Below are positions 25,471 through 41,298 of a stretch of 64,000 nucleotides of DNA, piece after piece (position 1 is the stretch's first letter; the number at the start of each line of letters is the position of its first letter). Origin of the DNA: Amoeboaphelidium protococcarum X5 (lineage: Eukaryota > Fungi > Aphelidiomycota); assembly GCA_023515725.1 (NCBI GenBank), contig JALDTO010000266.1:2250217-2314216 (forward strand), read 5' to 3'. A program made the translations under genes and the position numbers. Under the pieces are notes generated by a model. That model was not told the origin of the DNA and made no database searches. It saw nothing but the letters and a program-made list of their open reading frames with translations.

Positions 25471-25737
25471 ATGGCTCCCAATCTACATGTGCCTAGAATA
25501 CTATACCTTGTAATTCCTATAATTGGCGGATATGGAATAATGAAAACAATGACACCATCTGATGAGTAGTATGTGAAGAATCTGCCTAGAGAGAGACAGG
25601 CTGATATCACAAAGCAAGACTTGCAGCGAAAACGCGAAGGCAAAATGTCATAATCAGAACTGATTGGATTAATGCTCAAGTAGAATATGGAGTCTAATCG
25701 TCCTGCCTGGGATGTTCGGCCTCCTAAGCTTGACTGA
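25471..25737 (+). CDS. CBP4: Cbp4/UQCC3-like complex III assembly factor (88 aa)
   Basis: N-terminal TM then TPSDEQYVKNLPRE and C-terminal ESNRPAW, the Cbp4 pattern TP..E....L.PE...S.KPIW. Confidence 0.65.
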
Positions 25738-26129
25738 ATAATATATAAAATTTTGAAAACAAAATGCATGTTATTTTTTGTGATTAATTTAAGAAAGTTA
25801 TATTTGTCTTGCTAATCATTGCGTCTATACGCCATGTTGCTGTAATTCGCTCGGCGACTTTTGTATCATATTCTTACCAAGACCAAACTTATTTAGCTCT
25901 TGAAAGCGTAGTTTTGCCTCAGCTACATTAAACTTGGGTCCCTTGTTCTTTACATCTGCTGGTGTCAGAACCATACCAGTAAGTAATCACAGCTGCTTCA
26001 ATACGTTCAATTCCGCGGTCAGAGGCGCAACTTGCAGCTTTTCAACTGTTTAGAAAAAGACGGCGTACTTTGGGCCTGAAAGACAATAGTTTGATCTTCT
26101 GGAGAAGAAAATATTACATCAATGGAAAG

Positions 26130-27600
26130 CTACGAATCAGTGTTGGCAATTGCAGCGGTTCGTGCTACAGGATTGTCTCGCGACATGCGCCTAGTAGGTC
26201 GACTAACGCACAAAGATTTGTTTGCACGTCTCGCAGATCAATTTCTTATGACGGTCTGGATCGTGCTTTTCATCCCAATGCCGAGTTAGATGCCACTTTT
26301 CGGATTGATAGGAAGAAATAAAATTTATTATATTAAGAATGATTACATTAAGTTTATTAATATTAATATCAGGTATGATTTTTCATAGAAAAAATTTTCT
26401 TGTTATATCTATGATATTAGAGTTAATCTATTTATTATTAGGATTTTTATTAATTTCATTAGTAAGCCTTGTCACAATTCTTCTTCATGCGACGAAATGG
26501 CTTGTCAACCTTCTGCTAGTGTTTCGCAACGTGAGTTCTATACTCAACTGCAGAGTTTAACACAGCACCACATGCAGGATGGTCGCAAGGGTAGCGCGAG
26601 GAGGATTGCTATTGGGAGGAGTGCTTTCGGGAGGATTGTTAAGAGGAGGATTGCTATTGGACGCGAGAGGATTGCTGGAATTCATGCTAATATTCTACAA
26701 CGTGGTGACTGTCAGAGGTGAATTTTCTGCTCAGGTTATTCCCAGTGAATCTTCTAGCTAATACACCTTGTGCCATGCGATACAAAAATCGCATCAGATG
26801 AGTGTACTTATTGTCGTCGACTGGCCAAACTCCGTCGCATAGACAAATGATTATGTCCTATGCACAGACTACATTAAGCTCATTAACGACCAAAACTTCT
26901 TCTTGCTGAGTCCCAATACTTGCCAGATTTACGTTGTCAAGACTTACAGGCGCCATTGTCGCAACGTACTTAAGGAATTCCACCAGATGGTATGGATTTC
27001 CAGTGCCAAAATTATCTGGGCACGTCATTGCCATAATGACAATGTCTTCTTCAGTGCACCCATTAGACTTGAGATCTAATGGCACATACGCATAGACGCG
27101 TCCATTACTTCTGCTTAATTTTGCCAGCATGGAGTATTCAAACGCTCCATTGCCAAACTGATGGGCACCATTTATCAGCGTCCGTCCAGCAAGCCCAGGA
27201 ATCACCTCTTTTCCAGAAGACGTCCATTGCAAAGGCATCATCAGCTCTTTGAGGAAACCATCCACGATATCACTGTGGATATCATTGACGCGCTGATTGC
27301 TACTGGATCGACCAAACGTCAGCCCAAAGACTCTCTTACCAGGTTCAGCTTCCATCACCAACTTCTGCGGCTAATATTCTTCCAGCGAAGGTCCAAGATG
27401 TCCAACTGAGGTGTGAACCTTGACTGATTTATCGCCACCATCGCCGACTTAAGACAAAGCATTTAGTTTCAGCTTATTCGCGCACCCTGCACATAAGATA
27501 TTGGCACTGTCATCTGTCCGCGGAATATCGTGCTTGCATTCAGAGCACTTCAGTACATCCTCTTGCAAGGCTTTAGCCACTTCTTAATTGCGGATTACTC
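26130..27600 (-). pseudogene. Decayed C2H2 zinc-finger gene (N-terminal CxxC..CxxC, three C-terminal fingers) interrupted by a NUMT
   Basis: YPCDHPACGAVLNSAVEYRTHVAKH; KPFRRMKKNCDKAY|SEKWHLTRHWDEKH; LICETCKQIFVRQSTYQAHV. No intact start; one Cys>Arg; insertion. Boundaries approximate. Confidence 0.7.
26305..26461 (+). other. nad4L: NUMT: mitochondrial DNA fragment carrying the 5' part of nad4L (ATG at 26339)
   Basis: Abrupt very AT-rich island. MITLSLLILISGMIFHRKNFLVISMILELIYLLLGFLLISL matches the NAD4L N-terminus (RKN.....I..E). Removing it rejoins a zinc finger. Confidence 0.8.
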
Positions 27601-28464
27601 CTCATAGACGACGCCGTAAAAAAACTCATCGTGGCCAACCAAGTCAAATCACCCATCTAGCCATTGCACTTTCCTGGGCTAGTAATTTTATTTTATTTTT
27701 ACTTTGTGGGGAAATTTGATTATTCATCCGGGATAGGCTGACACTTTGCATAGGAGTTGCAACCTTTAAATCGCTAGCGGTCAATGCAAGAGAGCTCCAA
27801 GCCTTAATGCGAACAGGTTAGTGAACCGCCACATTTTTTTCTGGCCATGCTCACAAAATTGAGAGCCCACACAAATTTAAAAATATAAATGCAAGCGACT
27901 GGGTAAACAAACACCTAACCAGAATTCCGCGTTCGTTTCTATGTTTATGATTGCAATTTTCACTCAACACAACCTTGTCATGTTTACAAATTCCAAATCC
28001 GTCGCGGTCTTTGCATGTGACCTTTAAATAACGGAGCTCACTATACGAGGTTCCAACGCGGCGCTTACACCGGAAGCACTGGATGCCTAGTTCTGGTTCG
28101 CCAAGTCTACTCTAAGCCAAAGCCTTCTGATATCCTTAGTCGCTCTCTTTTGGTTGATTGACCTGAGTTAATGCATTTCTGATAAGACGATAATTCAAGG
28201 CCTTGTATTTTCTATCGCGCAATAATACAATTAAACTTGCTTCAACACCATATAAACCATCGAGATTACTTTATTAGGTACAAAGTGATGTATTGTGTGT
28301 AACGTCTAAGGAAAGATCACGAGGAAATCTTATTTCGTTCGCGAAACAAACCATGACGTAAGTTTTTGTCCGTCTTTTTTCCTTTGTCTTTTATTAGGTG
28401 TTTTTTCGATATACACTTGACGATTTCAAGTTTAATTATTATTATAAGTAGTGAAATATTAACA

Positions 28465-30315
<1,851 letters not shown>

Positions 30316-31191
30316 GATGGGTTAAATCTTCGGTGATTTCTAAATAAATTTTAGCTTTGATATATAGAGCATTTTTTGGGTATGTTTCATTGTTCGCGCA
30401 ATTTTCAGTATATCTCTTGATAAGATTCCTGTGTATTTATCACCAACAATTTATTTTAACCCCTAAATTGTATCTCTGAGTCTCTCTGCCACGACCCAAA
30501 GTACCTCCCCGACTTCGTCCCCTACGACTTGCTATAAATATAGCGCGCGTGCTGTCTCATGCTTGCGGCCTAGACGTTTGGCAATGTCTGCTGATGGCCA
30601 GTTAATGTGTATCCTGTCTAACGACTACCGCCCTGCACCACCGGCTGTTCCTTGGCGTCCATTGACAACATATTCTACCACTTTGCGTGTAACGGCGACT
30701 CCGTATGCTCTTACCTACCTATACGGTATGAGTCTATGTAGTCAAGGGTGTCGAAAAGTAGCGCGCGTCATCGCTTTCAGTAATGATCGCTGCTTTAGCT
30801 TTTGGATCATCTCCCACGTTAAATATGTATGTCATAGTATGAATAGTGATATAAAGTAGTGGAAACAATGAGCTTCTATGACCGCCTTGAAACTGATCTT
30901 AGTCTTAGTCATTCATCCTGAATCTATCTCACAGTATTGATCTATGGATAGCGTCGTCTCTCTTGGAGTATTTAGATGGGGAGGGGTTATCGGACCGGAG
31001 ACGAGTTAATGCTTGTGGCCGATTGTGGTAAATAAAAGGCAGGATTGAAAGAATCCTGTAGATTAGATGAATGTACTTTTAAATAGTTATGAATAGTTCA
31101 ATATACAATGATATATCAGCAATTATACTAAACATAATGTTAAATTTCAAATGAGAGGGATCTCATGAATGAATTCTTTATCCATACTCTT

Positions 31192-33270
31192 TCAATAGAG
31201 ATGCGCATCTTGTTGATCATCTTGAACGCGATTCTTTGACGTGTTCTGCATAGAGACATTGAGCTTGTAAGAGCTCTTGATCACCTTCCACACAAAAGGC
31301 GTCAGCAATAGACTAATCGATGTCGTACCAAGAATCGCATAATATAAATCGCGGCTCAGAATATCCATCGATTTCGCCCTTGATGCAACTATAAAAGCAA
31401 ATTCACTAACTTGACTCAATCCCAGGCCAAGTTGGAGGCTCAGCTTAGGATTTATTTTTAAACAGAGATGTAGTGATAGAAACATACACATAGTCTTACA
31501 AGCCATCAGAATCACGGTCATCATAATGAGAAGGGGCGCCTAGTCAATCAGAAATTGAGGATATATGTGCAAGCCCAGCGTACAGAAGAACAATGCTGCA
31601 AAATAATCTCTAATCGCGTCAATACCAGTGTTTTCTAATCTCGCCATCGATGACAATGATGATGATGATGTATGATTATGACTAGTCACCGATACTCCAG
31701 CCATAAAAACAGCCACCTCTGTGGACAAGTCAAAGTACTCAGCTACGAGAACAAAGGAGAAACAAACAGCTACATGGGAGAGGAGTGAGAGCTCTTCTGA
31801 CAATCGCTGGCGGAGTAATCGCATTACAGGCTGTAACACCCATCGACCAATGACCCAGCTGACAATCATCATTAAGACTGTGGATACGAATGCTTTCAAC
31901 AAGCTCGAGGCGAAAGCCCATGATACCGGTTATGTGAGAGTCGGCATAACCGCGAGCAAGAGACCTAGGGCCATATCTTACAACACTAGGATACCAACTG
32001 CCGATTATCCCAAAATTGTTTCTGTCAAACCACCAATGCATTTAAGCAGAACGGTGGTGCTAGATAGTGAAATCAAACTGCCAATTAACACGGATTGCGT
32101 GACGGGAAGTCCAACTACGGATCCAAGTAATACGGATATCGTTATCAAGAACAGTGTAAATAAAGATCCACCTAGAGCAGTTATTCGCCAATGTTTCCGA
32201 ATTTTGTCAACTGAAAACTCTGTTCCCAGTGCATACATGATAAAGAGCACGCCGACCTGAGCAATAGTTTCAATCTACACCAGAGATTTTATTTTGTTAG
32301 AAGTGGTAGGACCGAGAACTATACCAGTGAGAATATATCCGAAGAATGATGGCAACTTTAATAGATCAAACACTAGTCCTCCGATGAATGCACCAACACT
32401 CAGATAAATCAGATCATAATACAGTCGCATATCAAGAATGTGCTCGGTAGGATTACTCGTCCGACTAAGAACATATTAATCATTAGATGAATCGATCAAT
32501 GTGCTTGCTACTTTATGCTTGGGCGATGAATGCTTTATATTCTTGCCAGATTATCCAACTTTTGACGCGTCTATTGATTGACTTTCATCATTCGCAGATG
32601 ATATATTATCCTTACTTTTACTCGATAGTTACGCGTTAGTAGATGATTAGTCGTCTGACACAGACTCTTCATAATCAGATTAATCAATGGAATCCCTGCT
32701 GGAGTCTTCTTTGATTTTAATGACAGTTTCCACAGACTCGATATTACTCCCATCTTCCATCTACTTGTCTCGTATTGTATCTTCTAGCTGACTGACAGAT
32801 TTATCAAAACCTTTGATCACACCCTCCACAATATTATCTTTTTCATCAGTCTCACCCTCACTTTACAATCTATTCTATTCAGCACTATTGTCGTCATTAA
32901 ATCTCAGCTTGTACTACTTTTATACATCATACGCCAATTGTTAAACACTTTTAAGCATAATATCACTGTTCAATGCGACATTAGAGAGACTCTCATTCAA
33001 ATACAAATCCAAGGCTTTATCAGTGCAGTTAATTAAATGATCAATAGTAACGGATTATAGATACTTATGTTGGAATAGTAAATGATCGCCATTTGTGACA
33101 GAGTCTGTGGATGCATTACTATTACCTGTAACTTAAAGTTCTTCTTCTGCAAGATTTAATTCATTGTTGTAACTGTATTTCAGCTTTATTTTCTTATCCA
33201 AAAAGAGGAGTGATTAGCATTAAGATATTTATATAATGAGCAAAATTGAGTATATAGTTAGAGTCTACAT
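31192..33270 (-). CDS. CPA2 K+/H+ antiporter, TMCO3/KEA4-6 type, with N-terminal hydrophobic segment and coiled coil (692 aa)
   Basis: LIDSSNDQYVLSR, GYILTGIVLGP, IETIAQVGVLFIMYALGTEFS, SLSSTTVLLK, GLSQVSEFAFIVASRA; start and stop in the same frame. Confidence 0.88.
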
Positions 33271-33416
33271 TATAATTTAGTCACTCAAAACCGTCAGTTT
33301 ATACGTACAAGAGTGGTAAAGTCAAATGCTCTGAGGAAGCGACGCAGCACAGAGTAAATTGAAAGCGATAAAGAACGTTGAAACAATTGAACAGAGACTG
33401 TAAATCGAATATAATA

Positions 33417-34922
33417 TCATTCAAACACGTCAGATCTCAAATCTTACAATATCTGTAAATTATACTCCAACAGCGGTTCATGAGTCCATTTCTTACCTGA
33501 CACGTCATTTTACAAGGAGTTGAGATAAAACTTTTCCATGTACCGATCAAGCACAGAATCATATATCACCATTTCTCCATCTATAAGTAGAAGCCACCTG
33601 TTAAAGTTTAGAAATTGTATATGCCATGACACATTATCGCTAGTAGATGGTGGAGTAAGCATCTTGATTATATCACGCGTTTCATCGCTGAGGAAGCAAC
33701 TTGGACATTTAAAAGCATTAGAGAGTTCTTACTTCATTAACTGCAGTGACACAACTTTAAAGTTTTCATATGGGCAGTCCGTAAGCAACAGCTTAAGCAT
33801 CACGAGAAGATGTTATTTACTCAGTTTGTTACAGAGGATTTGCAACTACTGAAAGCATTAGTGTCTCAACTAAGGATTAGGACACTGAGACATGAAGTGA
33901 ATCTATCCATGCAGATAGTCTAGATCAGGTATCATCTAAAGACTATAATCAGCTAACTGATTAAGTAATTCAATGCAACAGTCCAGGATTGAATTCATGA
34001 ATGTCGTCCATTGGTCAGAGGGGGCACTTTCACCAACTTATAGGCAAGACATCATGCATGGGTAGTACACTTCCATACACAGCGGATCATCAGATTAGAG
34101 TTCTAAGCGTTTCAATACAACAAGCCTAGTGATTATAAAGCCCACAGCGCGTTGCTTGCCTTCTTAAACGCGTTCTACTAGCTAAGACGTGTTTATATCA
34201 AGGATTGTGATAATCTAATCAATATAGTGTATTATATCCTGGAACGAATCGACATGGTCGCAATAATCAGGTAGCAAGCACTCTTCAACGAACTCTTCTA
34301 TGACATTTATGAAATCCTCAATTAGAGTATGAGACTCAACAAGAGAATTCTAGGCAGCAATAGTGAATATTCTATGTAACATCAGAAACATGTATGATTA
34401 CTCGAGGCCACTCAAAGTACCAAGTAGCTCTGATAGTTCCACCAATGATCTCGCTTGAGGCTTCCCTGACAATTACTCGACACATTGAACAGCCAAAGTT
34501 AAAATCTATTTAGAAAGCGCATCATTTATAAATTACTTATTATTAGTATAGCAATGTAAAGCTTCCATACACGCAATCAGAAACTCTTTCTTATTTGCGT
34601 GATCGTAGCATAATTGTATGATATCGCATAATAAATCAACATCATCAGCAGACTCTATAACTTACTAATGAGTACTACAAACTAGCCTAAATATCTCCCA
34701 TCCAGAGAATCTCAATAGTTCTTTAGTGTGCTAGTTCTTCAATTACAAGACATCACGCTTTATCATTTTGTACAGTTAAACCAACACATCTGATTATAGT
34801 TCACCATGATGTTGAGCAATGAGATCCTAAAACTGGTCTGCTAATTCCGTTTTAAATTACACTCTGATATTTTGATACAACTACAAAAGTTGATCGCCAT
34901 AATTGCTCTATTAAAAAGTCAT
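33417..34922 (-). CDS. Glomulin/Ybp1/ALF4-like HEAT-repeat protein (501 aa)
   Basis: Start and stop in frame; GWEIF...ANKKEFLIACMEAL and CPYENFKVVSLQLMK resemble family motifs. Confidence 0.6.
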
Positions 34923-35031
34923 GGCATAAAGATCTAGGACTTTACCGTGTGTACAGTACAATGGATTCCTTTAAGGGGACGAGTCAGCGCGAATCTCTTT
35001 TCTCTCTTCCTCTCTATTTCGCTGTAAAGAA

Positions 35032-36528
35032 ATGACAGTTGAAATTGGCGAGACCTTATCAATAGTAGGTGCAGGAGAAGATATGTGGTATGATGGCTTG
35101 GATTAAACAGCAGTGAGAGTTAATATGAATAAATTACCTCCATCCAGGGATCACAATCGGCGCGCATATGATGAACGAGTGAATTTCTGGTACAAGGTGA
35201 TAAAGTAATACTAGTTAGAGTAGTTAACCAAGGAGTAGTGTTCAGCTAAGTCGCTTCTAACATTACCGCATACATCTGATTTATAGCGGATATTCATGTA
35301 CAAAGATAGTATAGTATAACACTCGATGAATGATATAATTCAAGAGCTATAGAAATAGCGAAAGTTGGTATCAAGCGATTCAGCTTTAGATCCTCAATTG
35401 GCTCATTTGCTGCATTTAGACTCCAAATAATTATATTCTTCCTCTTCTGGTTGGCTCTCGTGGTCCTTCTCTATGGCGTCACATCTACTCAGCGTGGCTT
35501 TCAGTTCACTTACTGGCAGCATCCAGTCTCATCCATCTTCTAATGCTGATAATGAACACTCACATTCTGGACTCTTGATTAAAGAAGTATTCGATAATGC
35601 TTAGAGTCGTATAATGTCTTCACTCGCTCAGTTTCAATCAAGTAATGTTGACTCTGTATTGTCGTTATAAGAATTTCAGTCTGTCATTTAGTCAGCATAT
35701 CCATCTTTAAATAACCTTGAAGATACTCTACTAGTGCTGAGTGGACTGAAGCGGAGTAAAATTGTAAATTTCGAGGTTCTACACGCGTAAAATGTCCTCA
35801 TCAAAGTTTTACCTTCTGCCCTGTAAAAGTCAGCGTCAATCCATATCACCGATGCGGATAAGGGAATATATGTGGTCAAGTAAGCTGTTCACTTGGTGGA
35901 AAAGTAGAATGATAATGTATTGTCAAAGATTCAGATTTATGAAAGTCAGATTAAATCCTCCCTTTAACGCGGTAATCGATAAATGGCTATCTTGTTACTG
36001 AAGCAGAAGAAAGTGCTGGAATAGACTGCCGTCAAGTAGACAGAGAAGCTCCACAATCTCTAAATTGTATTGATGAATATTCAGACGGCGGCTAATGATG
36101 TGGCAATCGTGAACGCGTTAAAGAGTGGCAATGATGCTTTAAAGTCCATCATGAGGTAGAGTGATTTGAACATTGACAGTGTGGACCGTGTTATGGATGA
36201 GATTAATGAACTCAGCCAAGATTTGAATGATATCGACGCTGCCATCTCTCAACAACCATCCGGTGTAATGCAAGACTTGGACGATGATGAGTTAATGGCA
36301 GAGTTGGACCAGCTGTTACTTGAAGAAGAATAAGAAAAAGATTAGCGCTTGGATGAAGATCGTGATTAGCAAAAGATTGCCCGAGATAAAGCTCAAGAGG
36401 AGCAACGCGTGTAACAATAGTTGTAACAGATTTCCGGTGCTTAATCTGTCCCGCAAGGTGTTGGTATTAAAAGCGATTCAAACTCGGTGGCGATTGAGAG
36501 TCATGCTTCTAAGATGCTTAGTGAATGA
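35032..36528 (+). CDS. CHMP7: CHMP7/Chm7 ESCRT-II/III hybrid protein (498 aa)
   Basis: N-terminal NRRAYDERVNFW winged-helix region; C-terminal Snf7 domain (IVNALKSGNDALK, IDSVDRVMDEI, DDDELMAELDQL). Confidence 0.85.
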
Positions 36529-37220
36529 TTTTCATTATGATGAATTCCACTTGTTAATTTTGAGTTTACCCCATGATTCATTTTATATAGACTTTACATG
36601 TGTGAGCTCTAGTATCGTTGAGAACGAGAAACATTGTTAGTCGATGAAAGGTGTTTAACTATTATCCGAACCTGAGATATGGTCTTGAGGCGGTAAATAA
36701 TCAATTAATGAAGTTGAAAAATACATAGATATGTTAAGTGTAAAATTCTACATTTATTAATACTATTTTTCTGGTCAAATGTTGCATCTATGCATAAAAA
36801 ACGTGATATAACGTACAAGATTGAGCCAAAGTGTCAATTACCGAAAATATCCGCGGATACCGACTGCCGATTGACACTTGGCCTAGCTGAAATTTTTTAG
36901 CACAACGCAATGACCTCTATATGACAATATCTGGTATAGCTTTGATATTTAGTATGAGTTTATTTATTTTATTGATTAAAGAAGTTTTACGAAATACAAA
37001 TACTGAAAGTAATTCTTTAAAATACAATCCTGAAGCCTGTTCAGGTGTTACCCTTACTTCTGTTACCAAGACGGTGACGCGTTACGCTGAGAGTTAGACG
37101 AGACGCGGTTTCCTTCAGCCAGTTCTCAACGAAGGATTCCAGTCATACCGAGTTGCTTGTTTCCAGCTTCTGATTGTAATCTGCCGAAAAGCCGATAAAA
37201 CACAAAGTCATTCAAATAAT

Positions 37221-38603
<1,383 letters not shown>

Positions 38604-38743
38604 TGATATCATTATTATCTATCTACTACTGTGGTTAGTAAACTCGAAATGTTCTGCTAAAATTAAACATACATTCTCTCTTCATCCCATCATCATCATC
38701 ATCATCATTAAATAAGTCATCATGTGCGCACCAGTTATAATAA

Positions 38744-40526
38744 TCACTTCTTCTTGCCCTTCTTTGACTTCTCTGCCTGATTCCTCTTTAGCCATTGATC
38801 TTTCAAAAACGCCCTCAATACCACTGGACCTCCAGACAGTACATTATTTGGGAATCCCATCAATGGATTGTTGGTCAAGTCAAAAGTCACCAGGTTCACC
38901 ATGGTATAAAGTTCCAAGGGAATAGACTGCAAATTATTGTGCGACAAGTCCAACCTGGTCATTGTCTATATAGAGCACAATTCAGGAGGCAATTAAGTGA
39001 TGGCATTAGATCTAGCCTCCAGACTTTGTAACTTTGTCAAATTACTACACTATTATAATAAAGATTATAAAATGAAATGAAAAAATTGTTACCAGATAGT
39101 TGCTGGGATACTCTCGAGTTTGTTGTTGTTCATGAACAACTTCTCGATTCCAACTAGATATCCAATCTCATCAGTGATGTTGTAAATTAGATTGGAACTT
39201 ATGTCCAGCTCAGCTATATTCTACAAATCCAATAAGGCCTCTGGAATTTGCTCCAATCTATTACTTCTACACACGGGAAGCTTGTAATAATAGTATATGT
39301 AAGTAGGAATTTTGATGATATATCAGAATAAAGTGACACTTACCCAAGATAAAGTCTCTGAAGAGATCGCAAGTTCTTAAAGCTTTAAGGGAAGGAGGAT
39401 ACATTCAACTAATTCTTTCGCAAATCCAAGTGCACCAAATTGGATAAATATCCAATCTCTTCTGGAATCTAAGAAATGGAGCAATTCTACCAATCCAATC
39501 TTTTCAACTGTGTCAAATTACCAATAGATTCTACACTTGACATAATACGATAAAATAGCCAGTATAATGAAGTTGTATCAAGATAAACTTACATGGAATA
39601 GCATCAATCTGAGGATTATCACGGACGGAAAAGTCCAGCATCATTGTCCAATTTCTCACCAAGTTCACAGGCAAAAAGTCAACCTTGATATCTTGCATGA
39701 CCATTCTTTTCAAATTGATGCAGTTGGCTAGAGAAGGCGGCAGTTGAGACAGTTGCTTATTATGAGAAATATCAAAATCCTCGATACGAGTCAGGAGACC
39801 AATCTTATCAGGCAGTTGAGAGATTGCATTAGATTAGATCCACAATCTGGTCAATCTCTCCAATAGACATATTTCATCCGGTAATCTTGGTAGAAGATTA
39901 TCACTCAAATCCAATTCTCTGATATACTTTAGCTTCGTAATCTCCTGGCCAATATGCTTGATCTTATTGCTCTGAATATTGAGAATCTCCAGCCCAATAA
40001 GACTCAACACACAGTCAGGTATCAACTTAAAGTCATTGTGATGCAGATCCAGCTATCTCAAACTTGTCAACTGGGCCACCTCCATCGGCAACTCTTCCAA
40101 CTGATTTCCACTCAAATCCAAACGCAAAATATTGGTCAATTAAGAAATCATTGGAGTCATCGGAGAGTAGAACAGGCGATTATTAGACAGCAAAATGTGA
40201 GTGAGCTAGTTCATCTTACACAGATCCGGTGGGAAGTGATTGAATGCATTATTAGACAGATCAATAGACTTTAACTGAGTTAAATATCCTACATATTAAG
40301 AAGAGAGTGGATATATTTAGCAAGATACATGAATACATGAATGAAATATAAAGAACTTACTCAGTTCAGGAGTAATGTCAGAGATGGAATTATTGGACAA
40401 GTCCAGACGGACACTCTTCTTACAATTCTTCAACTCTGGTGGAATAGCCTTGAGATCATGCTTGGCCAAACTGATTTCCGTAGCATTCTTCTACGCATTA
40501 ATTTCCTTAGACAGTGGATTCCCCAT
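38744..40526 (-). CDS. LRR-only protein (SHOC2/LRRC40-like; 507 aa; introns 40289-40360, 39531-39592, 39267-39343, 39045-39092)
   Basis: Many LxxLxLxxNxLxxLP repeats; four GT-AG introns keep the frame; MGNPLSK start and KKGKKK end. Confidence 0.85.
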
Positions 40527-41039
40527 TATAAAGTTTCTACCTGATTGACTTTGGATTGGATTCAGAAAGAAAAAGATGATGAAACAACTGAAATTTGTTC
40601 AGAGAAAGTTTGAGAAACAGTTCGCTGAAACGGAACGTCTTTATTCCCCACGATTCCTCACAGTACGCAAAGATTGGTGAAAGCTTAACTAAAGCTAATA
40701 CAAGCACAATATCTTCAAGAGTAAATAAATGTGCCTCAGATTTATAACCTAATTACAGCAGGTACTGTAGATCTAAGGACTACATAAAGAAAGTGCATTA
40801 CTCTATAGTTGTATATGGGCATAATCTTCAACATCCACCAGCAAAACTCAAAGAAAGTGACTTTATGATAAATCAATAAAGCCCGAATAACACACAGCGA
40901 GTAATCTCAATATCATTTAACGTGTTTATTAGACATGCTGTAGAAATTGCTCAGACAATTAGGCGAAAAACTTCAGCAATCACCAAAACGCCACACTGGT
41001 AAGCTTAAGGAAAGGGAGATCGAGAGCACAAAGGGCAAC

Positions 41040-41060
41040 GAGAGAGAGAGAGAGAGAGAG
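41040..41060 (+). repeat. (GA)n microsatellite upstream of EF2
   Basis: About ten GA units seen directly. Confidence 0.9.
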
Positions 41061-41298
41061 CGAATCAATCGAAATGACACGCGCCTCGGTTACGGTTTGC
41101 CCACTTTGTTGTTAAAATCTCTTTCTCGTCGCCTCGCACACGCCGCGTCATTTTGTACTTGGTTCTCTCTTATTGTTGTTGTGTTAGTTGCTATAATAAT
41201 CAATCATTGTGTTGTTGTACTTGGCCTTTGCTGTTCTATTCTAATTCTTATAAACAAGTCTAGTCGTAGATTCATAATTATACAGTGAGTGAGCAAAG

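Noticed and set aside
26339-26560. 73-aa ORF as a functional nuclear-encoded nad4L
   Set aside because: Only the first ~41 codons are mitochondrial. The rest is antisense zinc-finger sequence and there is no targeting peptide.
30480-31030. Minus-strand fragment ADIAKRLGRKHETARAIF, HTH-like (possible transposon relic)
   Set aside because: Too short and degenerate; no catalytic motif or termini seen.
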